This document shows positions 18,688 to 28,104 of a DNA stretch of 64,000 nucleotides, piece by piece. Below the pieces are notes generated by a model, which was not told the origin of the DNA, did not search any database, and saw only the letters and a program-made list of their open reading frames with translations. The stretch spans positions 1 through 64,000 of the forward strand of contig JBHLJY010000014.1 of assembly GCA_048887225.1 (NCBI GenBank), read 5' to 3'. Source of the stretch: Candidatus Hodarchaeota archaeon (GTDB lineage: Archaea; Asgardarchaeota; Lokiarchaeia; Sigyniarchaeales; SOKP01). The position numbers were made by a program, and so were the translations under genes. Positions within the stretch are counted from its first letter, which is position 1. The number at the start of each line of letters is the position of its first letter.

Positions 18688-19284
18688 TTCCAAATATGAT
18701 TTTGTAATTGATTCTTCTTTTTTAATATCAAATAAACTTAAAAAATCAAAAAGAATATCTTTAGATTCTTCTAATTTGTTGGGCGATTTGGACATAATTT
18801 CAGCTTCAATAAAATATTCTTTTAAAATAGGAATATAATCGAATAAAACATCAATAATATACCCTTTAAAATTGAATTCGTAAAGGTCTCGTTCTTTTTT
18901 AACTGTAAAGATTTCACGAAATCCTAGTGCTTTTAAAATATCTTTAATTTTATCACTCTCTTCTATTTTTGTTTCAAATTCATAACGAGTTTTGGTTGTT
19001 TTATCAATTTTTTTTCCCTTATAGGTGATAAAATAGTTAATTTGTTGTTTTGGATTTTTAAAATTCTTATTATATTTAATGGACTTACGGATCCTTAAAG
19101 CCTCATCAGTTTCTTTAAAGTCTCTTAACCCTTCTGGCATATTAAAATAAGTATCTTCATGAATAAATGAAAATTTATATTTTCCCTTTTTGCTTTTAAA
19201 TTTTTTTACGAACTCATTAGGATTTAGAACTTTAGCTTTTATTTCTACTTCAATCATATTTATATCTTTTTTCAATACTAACAA
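18649..19284 (-). CDS. cyaB: CYTH-domain protein (class IV adenylate cyclase/triphosphate tunnel metalloenzyme)
   Basis: EVEIK (ExExK), DEALRIR, TYKG, V.K.R, FIEAE and SYLEL; likely start at MIEVEIK. Confidence 0.9.
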   Translation of the reverse strand: MLVLKKDINMIEVEIKAKVLNPNEFVKKFKSKKGKYKFSFIHEDTYFNMPEGLRDFKETDEALRIRKSIKYNKNFKNPKQQINYFITYKGKKIDKTTKTRYEFETKIEESDKIKDILKALGFREIFTVKKERDLYEFNFKGYIIDVLFDYIPILKEYFIEAEIMSKSPNKLEESKDILFDFLSLFDIKKEESITKSYLELIADRFRSKIIS

Positions 19285-19416
19285 TTGTAATTAACGATTT
19301 TTTAATAATTATTAACTAATATTAATATTAAAGTTAGCAATTAGAGTTGATAAAATATTAATTCAAATCAAACTAAAGCATCTAAGCTAGCAAGAAAATA
19401 TGGTTATTTACCATAT

Positions 19417-20322
19417 ATGATAGAAAGATATATTGCATTCTTAGGATTAGAAGAAACTGTCGAACTTTTGAAAGCTAATGAACGACCATTAATTCCTTCA
19501 ATTCGAGTTAATACACTTAAGATTAAAGTTAATGAGTTAAAGAATAAATTAGAAAACAAAGGTTTCAAGTTAGAACCGTTTGATTGGGTCTCATATGGAT
19601 TAAATGTAATAAAAGAAACACTAAACTTGGGTTCGCTGCATGAATATTTACAAGGTTATTTTTATTTACAAAATGTCGCTTCTATGCTTCCCGCACACAT
19701 CCTTAATCCTAAGCCAGGGGAGTTAATAATTGATATGTGTGCAGCTCCTGGCGGTAAATCAACCCAATTGGCCCAATTAATGAAAAATAAGGGAACATTA
19801 ATACTGATTGATAAGAATAAAGATAGAATTCCTGCCCTGGATGTCAATTTAAGAAGAATGGGGATATCAAACTCTGTTTTAATAAACTACGACGCTACAA
19901 GATTAGAAGAATTGAATATTAAAGCTGATAAAATTTTATTAGATGCGCCTTGTACAGGGGAAGGTTTGGTAAGAAGTGATATTAATCGAAAGACAAGCAA
20001 AAAAATAGAAGATATTAATAAAATGGCTACTATTCAGAAGAAATTATTAGAGGCCGGATTAAGAGGATTGAAATCAGGCGGGCAGCTAATATATAGTACA
20101 TGCTCTATAGCACCAGAAGAGAATGAACTGGTTGTTAACGATGTACTTAATTCATTTTCTGATTTTTCAATAATTAAAATTTCACATCAATATGGTACTG
20201 AAGGTTTAACAAGCGTTTTTGGAAGAAAATTGAGAAGTAATTTAAAATATTCTCAGCGATTATATCCCCATATTGAAGATACAATTGGATTTTTTTTGTG
20301 TTTAATTGAAAACTCAAACTAA
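19417..20322 (+). CDS. RsmB/NOP2/NSUN-family RNA m5C methyltransferase
   Basis: DMCAAPGGK, LLDAPCTGEG, YSTCS...EENE, GFF. Confidence 0.95.
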   Translation: MIERYIAFLGLEETVELLKANERPLIPSIRVNTLKIKVNELKNKLENKGFKLEPFDWVSYGLNVIKETLNLGSLHEYLQGYFYLQNVASMLPAHILNPKPGELIIDMCAAPGGKSTQLAQLMKNKGTLILIDKNKDRIPALDVNLRRMGISNSVLINYDATRLEELNIKADKILLDAPCTGEGLVRSDINRKTSKKIEDINKMATIQKKLLEAGLRGLKSGGQLIYSTCSIAPEENELVVNDVLNSFSDFSIIKISHQYGTEGLTSVFGRKLRSNLKYSQRLYPHIEDTIGFFLCLIENSN

Positions 20323-20405
20323 TTTTAAGCGTATATTTAAATTTTAAATTATCCATATTAGATCTAATATTATAATTTAAATTAAAAATTCAAAGGTATA
20401 AAAAA

Positions 20406-22361
20406 ATGAGACATAAGCAAGTGCTTATATTAATTGTAATAGTTATAATGAGTAGTATCGTTCTAAATATCCAAATTAATACAACTAAGGATTCAGCCAA
20501 AAAAATAGACGATAATCAAAGTATTGGAATGGAAACACTGGGCAAATCCGATCCTTTTAATCCTGATCCGCCAACACGTCCTGGAATGTCTTGGAACTTT
20601 ACAACTGGTGAAATAGTTGGTTGGCGCTTTACTTCCGATTGGGGTGTTCAAGATTTGATATTTAATATTTCGGATCTGAAGTATTTTAAAGATGTGGAAA
20701 ACGTTACGGGGAACAATCAGGCTTACTATGGTGTACAACTAACACCAGCATATTGGAACGTAAGTCAGGCTAAAGTTCTTGAATTCTCAAACCGAACTTT
20801 ATTTCCATTGTTAAATGCATCATTGATAAACTATACTCTCCCTTTAGTATTCGGCATGCAAATTTGGAATATGGCACCTTTTGGAGATCCGAATGAAGTA
20901 CTTGGTCCTGAATCTCAATTAAATCCGTTTATCCCTCATAATAGTTCTAAAGTTATGGATTTACATTGGGTTGCTAACGCATTACATTGGAGATATTCAT
21001 CTCATCTTAAGGGTGCCATGCCGATGAGTCCAGCTGAATTGGTAGAGAAAAACGTTAATCTCGGTACTAACTCAATACATTATTCTTATTCCTCGCTTGG
21101 TACATATTGTAATTTATATTATTATGACAATGGTACTCTTGAAACTGGAGAACTGAAAGGAATGTATGGAGCACAAACCTATACAATCAACTTGACAAGA
21201 ATATATGATTTTAATCCATTGGATGATCTGATATGGTCAACAGATTTTGATACAAAAGGAGATATTATATATGTTGGGATTGATAAAAACGAAACACAGT
21301 TAATATTTAACCACACAGTTGATAATCTGGATTTAGAAATTGAATGGGATGATGATGAAGAAGAATGGGATATTGACCTATATTATTATCAGGAGATATG
21401 GGCTAATGTATCGTTTTGGAATGAAGGTGCTGGAGATTGGGAGTATGAAAATACCACAGCAGTCTCGAGTGCTAATGAAATGGCACCAATAGTTTTTGGT
21501 GGGGATGATGATGACAATGGAGATGATGATGGCCCTATGCCACCTTTTCTAATAATACCGGACGAAGGATCATCAAGCTTAGAAGTTGTATTTTCATGGT
21601 GGGAAAAAAATCCATATTGGACCGATCTCACATTTGATTATGCTGAGAATTATGTGAAAATCACCAATACTACTACATCTAAGTCTGTAGCATTTTCATA
21701 TCAGGCAAATGGCATTTTAGAATACATTTATTTTTCCACTATTGGACCATTTAAATTTGAGAATGAAGACCCTTATGATGATGACTTAATTTGGTATTAT
21801 AAAAATTCTACTGGACCTCTAGCTGCAAAACCAGTTATTAACAGCCATCAAATATATGCTTTTGACTTAGCTATATCTGCCGTTATCAATATATCCGTTA
21901 ATCAGATGTCAAACATTTGGCTCGCTGGTTTTCCATATAATCCGACAAATCGTTCAATCAATAATGCTTTAGGATTCTTTGATATTTTTATAATGGATCA
22001 AACTGATTTAAATCAGGACCATTTTGCGCCAATTAATATAACATTTAGCTACGACCACACAAAATATACATCAGTAAAAGTATATTGGTTCAATATCTCT
22101 GCAAATGAGGGTACGGGAGCATGGGAACAAATAATAGAAGTCAAAGATCTTGGTAGCGGTCTTTTCGTAGTGACATTAAATCATACAAGTATTATAGTTT
22201 TCACTGCAAGTGTTATAGGAATAGCTCCTCCTCGAGGAGACGATGACGATGATGATGCAGAAGCACCTATTATTCCAATTGGCAATTATTATCTAATATT
22301 TATAGCCATAGCAGTTATTGGATTAGTTCTATACAAAAAGCGAGAATTATTCAAAAAATAA
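20406..22361 (+). CDS. Secreted surface (glyco)protein with acidic linker and C-terminal TM anchor (Loki-CTERM-like)
   Basis: N-terminal signal/anchor; many N-x-S/T sequons; DDDDDD linker; IPIGNYY-hydrophobic helix-KKR tail. Confidence 0.8.
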   Translation: MRHKQVLILIVIVIMSSIVLNIQINTTKDSAKKIDDNQSIGMETLGKSDPFNPDPPTRPGMSWNFTTGEIVGWRFTSDWGVQDLIFNISDLKYFKDVENVTGNNQAYYGVQLTPAYWNVSQAKVLEFSNRTLFPLLNASLINYTLPLVFGMQIWNMAPFGDPNEVLGPESQLNPFIPHNSSKVMDLHWVANALHWRYSSHLKGAMPMSPAELVEKNVNLGTNSIHYSYSSLGTYCNLYYYDNGTLETGELKGMYGAQTYTINLTRIYDFNPLDDLIWSTDFDTKGDIIYVGIDKNETQLIFNHTVDNLDLEIEWDDDEEEWDIDLYYYQEIWANVSFWNEGAGDWEYENTTAVSSANEMAPIVFGGDDDDNGDDDGPMPPFLIIPDEGSSSLEVVFSWWEKNPYWTDLTFDYAENYVKITNTTTSKSVAFSYQANGILEYIYFSTIGPFKFENEDPYDDDLIWYYKNSTGPLAAKPVINSHQIYAFDLAISAVINISVNQMSNIWLAGFPYNPTNRSINNALGFFDIFIMDQTDLNQDHFAPINITFSYDHTKYTSVKVYWFNISANEGTGAWEQIIEVKDLGSGLFVVTLNHTSIIVFTASVIGIAPPRGDDDDDDAEAPIIPIGNYYLIFIAIAVIGLVLYKKRELFKK

Positions 22362-22390
22362 ATTTAAAATTCTTTTTTTTTCCTAATTTC

Positions 22391-22972
22391 TTATTGTTTT
22401 TTTCTCAGATAATAACCTTTGTCAATTAAATTAAATGCAATAATATCATTACGTTTTAGATTTTGAATATCTTCAAAATTCACTTGAGATCGAGCAATGC
22501 AAATCAATTCATTAGACTGGTTAAAAACCAATAAAAAATCATTTTTCTTTACTTTATTTGATATTTTTATTATCATCTTTGCCGGTATTTGATTTCCATA
22601 TAAAATTGCTTTTTCTCCATCATTGTTCACTATAGCTAGATTCCTTTCAGAGAAAAAATTTAGGTTAAGTAAGAATTCTGCACCTTCTATACTTAATAGA
22701 AACTGATTTTTTTTTATAAATCCAAAATAAATTCCAGCTGAAATTATACTTTTTTTGGACTCTAATTTATCAAATATCTTCGTTAAATAATTAGGAACTA
22801 GAAATATTAATGGAAAATTATTTTTTAAACCTAATTCATTAAGTGAAATGAAAATTATATACTCAATTCTTTCCAAAATTGTTATTATTTCAGTAGAAAT
22901 TTTTGAAAGTGAATTAATAATGATATTTTTTTCAGTTTTATTAACGACCCTAAAGTTTTTTAGATTTTTCAT
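22391..22972 (-). CDS. NIP7-like ribosome biogenesis protein (PUA domain)
   Basis: SAGIYFG, EKAILYGN and NLIDKGYYLR typical of NIP7; near the NOP2 homolog. Confidence 0.8.
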   Translation of the reverse strand: MKNLKNFRVVNKTEKNIIINSLSKISTEIITILERIEYIIFISLNELGLKNNFPLIFLVPNYLTKIFDKLESKKSIISAGIYFGFIKKNQFLLSIEGAEFLLNLNFFSERNLAIVNNDGEKAILYGNQIPAKMIIKISNKVKKNDFLLVFNQSNELICIARSQVNFEDIQNLKRNDIIAFNLIDKGYYLRKKQ

Positions 22973-23053
22973 AATTTCTTATGATTGAATAAATAGATAA
23001 GAGATAATTGTTTTATATTAATCACTAAAATTATTAAAAACATGGGATAAAAT

Positions 23054-23770
23054 ATGGGCATTCGTAAAATTGAAGACGAGATTGATCTCAAAGAGGCAAT
23101 GAAAAAGAAAGCGGCCGAACTAAAAATTAAAGAAATTAAAGCAAAGGCTTCTGTTGAAAATCTAACTAAGGAAAGACTAAGAGAACTGGCTAAAAGACAC
23201 GGTGTGATTCTAGCTTTAAACCCGAAATTAAAAGGAGAAGTAAAATTACTTCAAGAGCGGTATAATATACCTTCTTCCAAAATAATAAAAGAACAGATAT
23301 ATGAATCAGATGTTTTAATAAAATCTAAAAAATTAGACATCGAAAACTTAGGTATGCTTGCCTATCAACGAGTATTAATGCGTAAAGAGGAGACTGGAGG
23401 GATAATGCCAATCTCTGAAGTTTTTGAATTAATAAACACTGGAATTTTAAAAGGAAACGTTGAAATCAAGGATTTAATAAAGGCAATGAAAATTTTGAAA
23501 AAAACTAAAGTTATCGATGATGTAAGAGAATTAGAATCAGGTGTTGTTATAATTCATTTTTTCCCGGTTCAATATACAGGAGATGAAGCTAAAGTGGTTG
23601 AATTGGCAAAGGAAAAAGACTATCTTTCAATTGAAAGCGTATGCTCGGAATTTAATTGGTCTCAAGATCGAGCTTTAAAGGTTTTAAAATCGCTTGAACA
23701 AAGCGGGGTTGCAAAATTTAGAGAGTCTCTTTTGACAGGAAAACAATGGTATTTTCCTTCAATTAAATAA
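23054..23770 (+). CDS. ESCRT-II Vps22/Vps36-like (EAP30 family) winged-helix protein
   Basis: MGIR N-terminus, ETGGIM.ISEV, C-terminal WH (WSQDRA..VL..LE..G, WYFP); in ESCRT cluster. Confidence 0.85.
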   Translation: MGIRKIEDEIDLKEAMKKKAAELKIKEIKAKASVENLTKERLRELAKRHGVILALNPKLKGEVKLLQERYNIPSSKIIKEQIYESDVLIKSKKLDIENLGMLAYQRVLMRKEETGGIMPISEVFELINTGILKGNVEIKDLIKAMKILKKTKVIDDVRELESGVVIIHFFPVQYTGDEAKVVELAKEKDYLSIESVCSEFNWSQDRALKVLKSLEQSGVAKFRESLLTGKQWYFPSIK

Positions 23771-23773
23771 AAT

Positions 23774-24664
23774 TTATTCAAGCTTAATTTTAAAAGCGAT
23801 TTCCCCATCCTCCGTTCTGATAATAGTACCTCTATCATCCTTGGATAAAATTCTAAAAACTTCTTCTAAATCATCTTTTGGAAGAGAATTGAGCCCTTTT
23901 TGGTCTGACTCTCTTATCTCGTATATTAGAATTGGGCCAACCTTACCAGAATCAATCGCCCAATCATATAAGTTATCTGCCCAAATATCAAGAGTTTTCC
24001 AATAAACTCTTATTTTATCTTTCTTTTTTGATATAAATTTGGCAAGTTCTTGAGATACTAATTCTTCTGCAATTTCTTTAATTGCTTCTTGACGATTTTG
24101 AAAATTTGAAAAAGGTTTTTCGGAAATTATCTCCCTTAAATATATAATATGAAGTATTGCATATTTGGCGTAGTCAAACGTAACTTTTGACCACTCGACT
24201 TTCCAAGATTCATAATCATTTGGATTTTTCTTTTTGTTTGGGATAGAATACATAAATTCATACTTTGGTTCTTCAAGCCATGGATATACATTTAATAATT
24301 CCTCATAAGGGCTTAATTCTTTCTCTATAACACCTTTTTCTCCTATTATCTCCTCTTCTAGAGTATGAAGTTGCGTCTCTATATAATCAGCATGCTGTTC
24401 ATAAGTTCGTTGATCAATATCTTCAAATTGTTTAAGTAAAAATTTATCAATTTCATTTAGCTTACTTTCTATATCATCTACTTTAGTTTCGTATTGAGCC
24501 TCAGATTTAATTTCCTCGTTTTCGGTCGAAGCCGCAATTTCTTGTGAGGCTTCTTCTTCTTTTAAATCTTTTTGTCTCTTTAATTCTCTTAATCTCGCAA
24601 GCTCTCTTCTAAGTGCCTCAAGCTCAATTTCTTTAAGTTTTTCCTTAGGTTTCTCTCTTTCCAT
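23774..24664 (-). CDS. vps25: ESCRT-II Vps25-like protein with N-terminal acidic coiled coil
   Basis: W..EWS....DYA and VYWKTLDIWADNLYDWA...G....IYEI match Vps25 WH domains; follows vps4. Confidence 0.82.
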   Translation of the reverse strand: MEREKPKEKLKEIELEALRRELARLRELKRQKDLKEEEASQEIAASTENEEIKSEAQYETKVDDIESKLNEIDKFLLKQFEDIDQRTYEQHADYIETQLHTLEEEIIGEKGVIEKELSPYEELLNVYPWLEEPKYEFMYSIPNKKKNPNDYESWKVEWSKVTFDYAKYAILHIIYLREIISEKPFSNFQNRQEAIKEIAEELVSQELAKFISKKKDKIRVYWKTLDIWADNLYDWAIDSGKVGPILIYEIRESDQKGLNSLPKDDLEEVFRILSKDDRGTIIRTEDGEIAFKIKLE

Positions 24665-24692
24665 TTTTTAATTATAGATTATTGTTTTTTAA

Positions 24693-25889
24693 TTATTCTC
24701 CAAATTCGTCTTTCCATTTATCATATTGTTGCAAAATGGCAGCTGTCGTCATCGGTTTAACCTTTTTAAGAGATTGTTTGAAATCATTTAACGTTATATC
24801 TCGTACGTTTATTTCCTGATCTGACTTTTCTAATAAACCACTCATATCTAATTCTCGAATGGGGAGCATTATAACCTCACGACATACGTTAGCGATATCT
24901 CTTCCTGAATAATTTTCAGACCTAGCTCCAAGTTCTATATAATCTTCATCGTCTAACGTAGAATTAACACCTGCTGTATGAATCTTAAATATATCTGCCC
25001 TCGCTGGCACATCAGGAAGAGGTACATATACTTTTTTCTCAAAACGAGATAACATTGCATTATCAAGGTCCCAAGGTCGGTTTGTTGCTCCTAAAACAAG
25101 TAAAGGTTTATCATGACTTGTTTTTAGTCCTTGAATCTCGCTTAAAAGTTGTGTCTTTACGCGTCTTTCACCTCCACTCTCGGTTCCTTCTCCTCTTTTA
25201 GTTGCAATTGAATCAATTTCATCCATGAATATTAAACTTGGGGCTTTCAATCTTGCAATTTTAAACAACGCTCCAATTAATTTTTCACTTTCTCCTAACC
25301 ATTTACTTAATAAATCGGCTGAAGAAGCGCTAAAAAATGTAGCATTACATTCAGTTGCAGCGGCTTTGGCAAGTAGCGTTTTTCCACATCCAGGTGGTCC
25401 GAATAATAAAATTCCTGACCATGGTTTTCTAGCTCCAGTAAATAATTCTGGTTTTACCATAGGTAAAACAATTGCTTCTCTTAAAGCTTGTTTACAGTTC
25501 TCTAATCCCGCAATTTCAACCCATCTTACTTTTGGAGATTCAGTAACTATAGTTCCAGAAATCATATTTAGTAATTCTTGTTCTTCATCACTAACACCTT
25601 CTCCCATTGTTTTATCCTCAGAAGGCATTGAAGGAGTTCCTTGAGTTATAGAGCGGCCACCAACTTTCATTCTTAAAATTTTAACTTGATTAATATAATC
25701 CTCTACACTTTTTTGAACTGTTTGACGCATCATAGGATTTTTATTAAATTTTAAGAATTGTATTAGGATTTCGGCAGCCCTTTCATATTTATTAATCGCT
25801 TGATGATATTTACCAGCTTTTTCCAGAGTGATTGCTTGATTCGCTTCTTGTTTTGCATACAATAACAGCTTAGAATCACTTGAACTCAT
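24693..25889 (-). CDS. vps4: Vps4 AAA ATPase (MIT + AAA)
   Basis: N-terminal MIT; GILLFGPPGCGKT, SKWLGESEK, FMDEID, ATNRPW; Vps4 C-terminal helix (YDKWKDEFG). Confidence 0.95.
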   Translation of the reverse strand: MSSSDSKLLLYAKQEANQAITLEKAGKYHQAINKYERAAEILIQFLKFNKNPMMRQTVQKSVEDYINQVKILRMKVGGRSITQGTPSMPSEDKTMGEGVSDEEQELLNMISGTIVTESPKVRWVEIAGLENCKQALREAIVLPMVKPELFTGARKPWSGILLFGPPGCGKTLLAKAAATECNATFFSASSADLLSKWLGESEKLIGALFKIARLKAPSLIFMDEIDSIATKRGEGTESGGERRVKTQLLSEIQGLKTSHDKPLLVLGATNRPWDLDNAMLSRFEKKVYVPLPDVPARADIFKIHTAGVNSTLDDEDYIELGARSENYSGRDIANVCREVIMLPIRELDMSGLLEKSDQEINVRDITLNDFKQSLKKVKPMTTAAILQQYDKWKDEFGE

Positions 25890-26067
25890 AAAATTAAACC
25901 TTTTTTTATTGAAAATATAGCTGATTTTTATTGTTAATATAGCATTTTTGATATTTATAACTAATCAAATTGAATATTTCAAACTAAATCTATAAATATC
26001 GGACTACAAATTATTTTATACAAGGAGTTCTATTATTATACTATATAAAAAAATTAAAAATGAATAA

Positions 26068-26709
26068 GTGGTTATTATTGGGTTCCTGACCGATTTAAGT
26101 AAATGGCTTAGTGGAGGACGAGGAAGAAAGGATAATATTCGTTCTGCCACAGTCAGACTAAAAGTTTTCAACAAAAGGTTGATGAGGCAATCAAAGAAAC
26201 TCGAAATGAGTGCTAAATTAGCTAAGGAGAAAGCAATAAGATTAAGGCGTGAAGGAGATTTACAAGGTTCTAAATTTCATGCGAGGAATTATCTCCAAGT
26301 TAATAATCAAGCACGTGCTGTAGAATCTTTTAGAACTAATTTGGAAAGCTTACAATTCAAACTAGAAAATGCTAGTGCGATCAAGGATGTTGCCGGAATT
26401 TTTAGAGGTATTGCTCAATCCGTTTCAGGATTAAAAAGAAATTTATCAATACCTCAAATTACTGATTTAATGAGCTCCATTAATATGGACATTGAAGATT
26501 TTGAGGTTACACAAGATATAACCACAGATGCAATGACAGATATGAGTATGGATACAGCAGTGACTGATGAGACGGTAGATCAATTCTTAGCTGAGGTTGA
26601 TGCTGAAATAGGAATAGAAACGGGTGTGGCATTACCTTCTACTTCAGGCGGAGATCAAAAAATCAAAGATCTAGAAGCAGAGTTGGACCGTCTTAAATCC
26701 AACGAATAG
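26068..26709 (+). CDS. ESCRT-III (Snf7 superfamily, Vps2/24/46-like)
   Basis: Basic helical N-terminal half, acidic C-terminal half; MIM1-like tail DLEAELDRLK; divergent from vps4. Confidence 0.88.
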   Translation: MVIIGFLTDLSKWLSGGRGRKDNIRSATVRLKVFNKRLMRQSKKLEMSAKLAKEKAIRLRREGDLQGSKFHARNYLQVNNQARAVESFRTNLESLQFKLENASAIKDVAGIFRGIAQSVSGLKRNLSIPQITDLMSSINMDIEDFEVTQDITTDAMTDMSMDTAVTDETVDQFLAEVDAEIGIETGVALPSTSGGDQKIKDLEAELDRLKSNE

Positions 26710-26829
26710 TGAATACCGATTAATTAACACATTTTTTGTTGCGTCTCTCTTTTTAGAAAGTCTCAGAAAACTTTTTAAGATTAAAGAGCATTTTTAAATT
26801 ATTTATTAAATTCATAAATTATTTCATAA

Positions 26830-27846
26830 GTGAGCATTTTGAATCCAGAATTGATTACTATAGGAAGTTGCACTTTAGATGTGATAATTGAAATTGATGA
26901 TATTTTACGCTTTGAATTACTTGATAGAAATATTGTAAAGAAATACGCCGCAATTGAATACTCTCGAAAGTTAAATGTTAAAAACGTAAGATTCGTTCCT
27001 GGAGGGTCAGGTGCGAATATCGCAGCAAATTGCTCGATGTTAGGCTTAAATGCGACTTATATTGGAATCTTAGGAAATGATTTTTCTGCACAGATATGTT
27101 TAGACGATTTAAGAAAACGAGGCGTTGATTTATCTCAAATAATTCAGACTGACGAAGATACGACTGCGTTATCAATAATATTAAGGACAGAATGGGGTAA
27201 AGATCGAAGTATACTCGCATACAAAGGAGCAAATAACTTATTAAAACCCTCAGATGTTAAACCAGAATTATTTGAAAACATAAAAGCGTTTTCTTGGACA
27301 TCATTAACCACCGATGATGGATGCCGAGCAATAGAAAAAGCTATTTCTCTCACAAGGGATAGTGGAGGAAAAGTTTTTGCTGCTCCAAGTATGTCGATTA
27401 TAAAAAATGCCTCAAAATGGGCAAAAATTTTAATTTCCAACTCAGATGTAGTTTCTTTAAATACGGAAGAAGCTCAAGAATTTACGGGTGAAAATAAAAA
27501 AACCCTAATGATAAACACATTTTTAGATATGGGGGTTCAATTAATTTCTATTACAGATGGTCCTAACGGAAGTATAATATCAGATGGAAATACGATTATA
27601 AATAGCAGCATCTTTGAAGGGACAATAGAGGATACCACAGGAGCTGGCGATGCGTTTTTAAGCGGGATTTTAGTTTCAACTTTAAATAATTTCTCGTTAG
27701 AAAAAACGTCAAAAATGGCTACGGCTATGGCCGCACTTGAATGTATGGAAGTAGGAGTTCGTGAAGGACTCCCTAATAGTGTACAAGAATTAGAAGATTT
27801 TATAATTACTAATCCACTTAAGCAAGTAATAAGTAAAGTTGTTTAA
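26830..27846 (+). CDS. PfkB-family carbohydrate/nucleoside kinase
   Basis: GGSGANIA, N..EA, DTTGAGDAF. Confidence 0.93.
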   Translation: MSILNPELITIGSCTLDVIIEIDDILRFELLDRNIVKKYAAIEYSRKLNVKNVRFVPGGSGANIAANCSMLGLNATYIGILGNDFSAQICLDDLRKRGVDLSQIIQTDEDTTALSIILRTEWGKDRSILAYKGANNLLKPSDVKPELFENIKAFSWTSLTTDDGCRAIEKAISLTRDSGGKVFAAPSMSIIKNASKWAKILISNSDVVSLNTEEAQEFTGENKKTLMINTFLDMGVQLISITDGPNGSIISDGNTIINSSIFEGTIEDTTGAGDAFLSGILVSTLNNFSLEKTSKMATAMAALECMEVGVREGLPNSVQELEDFIITNPLKQVISKVV

Positions 27847-27911
27847 TGATTAGAACTTTTACTCTTAAATTCATTAAATTTTAATTTTTTAATATATTTA
27901 AACAGTTAAAA

Positions 27912-28046
27912 GCGCTCTTAGTATAGTGGTAAGTATACGCTAAATTTGCCATCAAGCAAATTTGGGTATAACAGGTTGCCAACCTAAGGCGAGAATTATC
28001 GTCTCGGCTGTAGAGGGTGACCCGGGTTCAATTCCCGGAGGGCGCA
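27912..28046 (+). tRNA. tRNA-Gly(GCC) with two non-canonical introns (27939-27971 at 27/28; 27986-28015 at 41/42)
   Basis: Removing both introns gives a 72-nt cloverleaf: acceptor GCGCTCT/AGGGCGC, anticodon arm CCAGG-TTGCCAA-CCTGG, T arm CCGGG-TTCAATT-CCCGG; both introns fold as BHB-like motifs. Confidence 0.92.
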
Positions 28047-28104
28047 TTTTCTTCTTCTATATTTTTTTAGACTGCTAAAGTTAATTAATATCTTTTTTTC
28101 AGAT

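Noticed and set aside
26745-26790. AT-rich hairpin downstream of ESCRT-III
   Set aside because: Wobble-rich and low complexity; at most a terminator, not supportable as an ncRNA.
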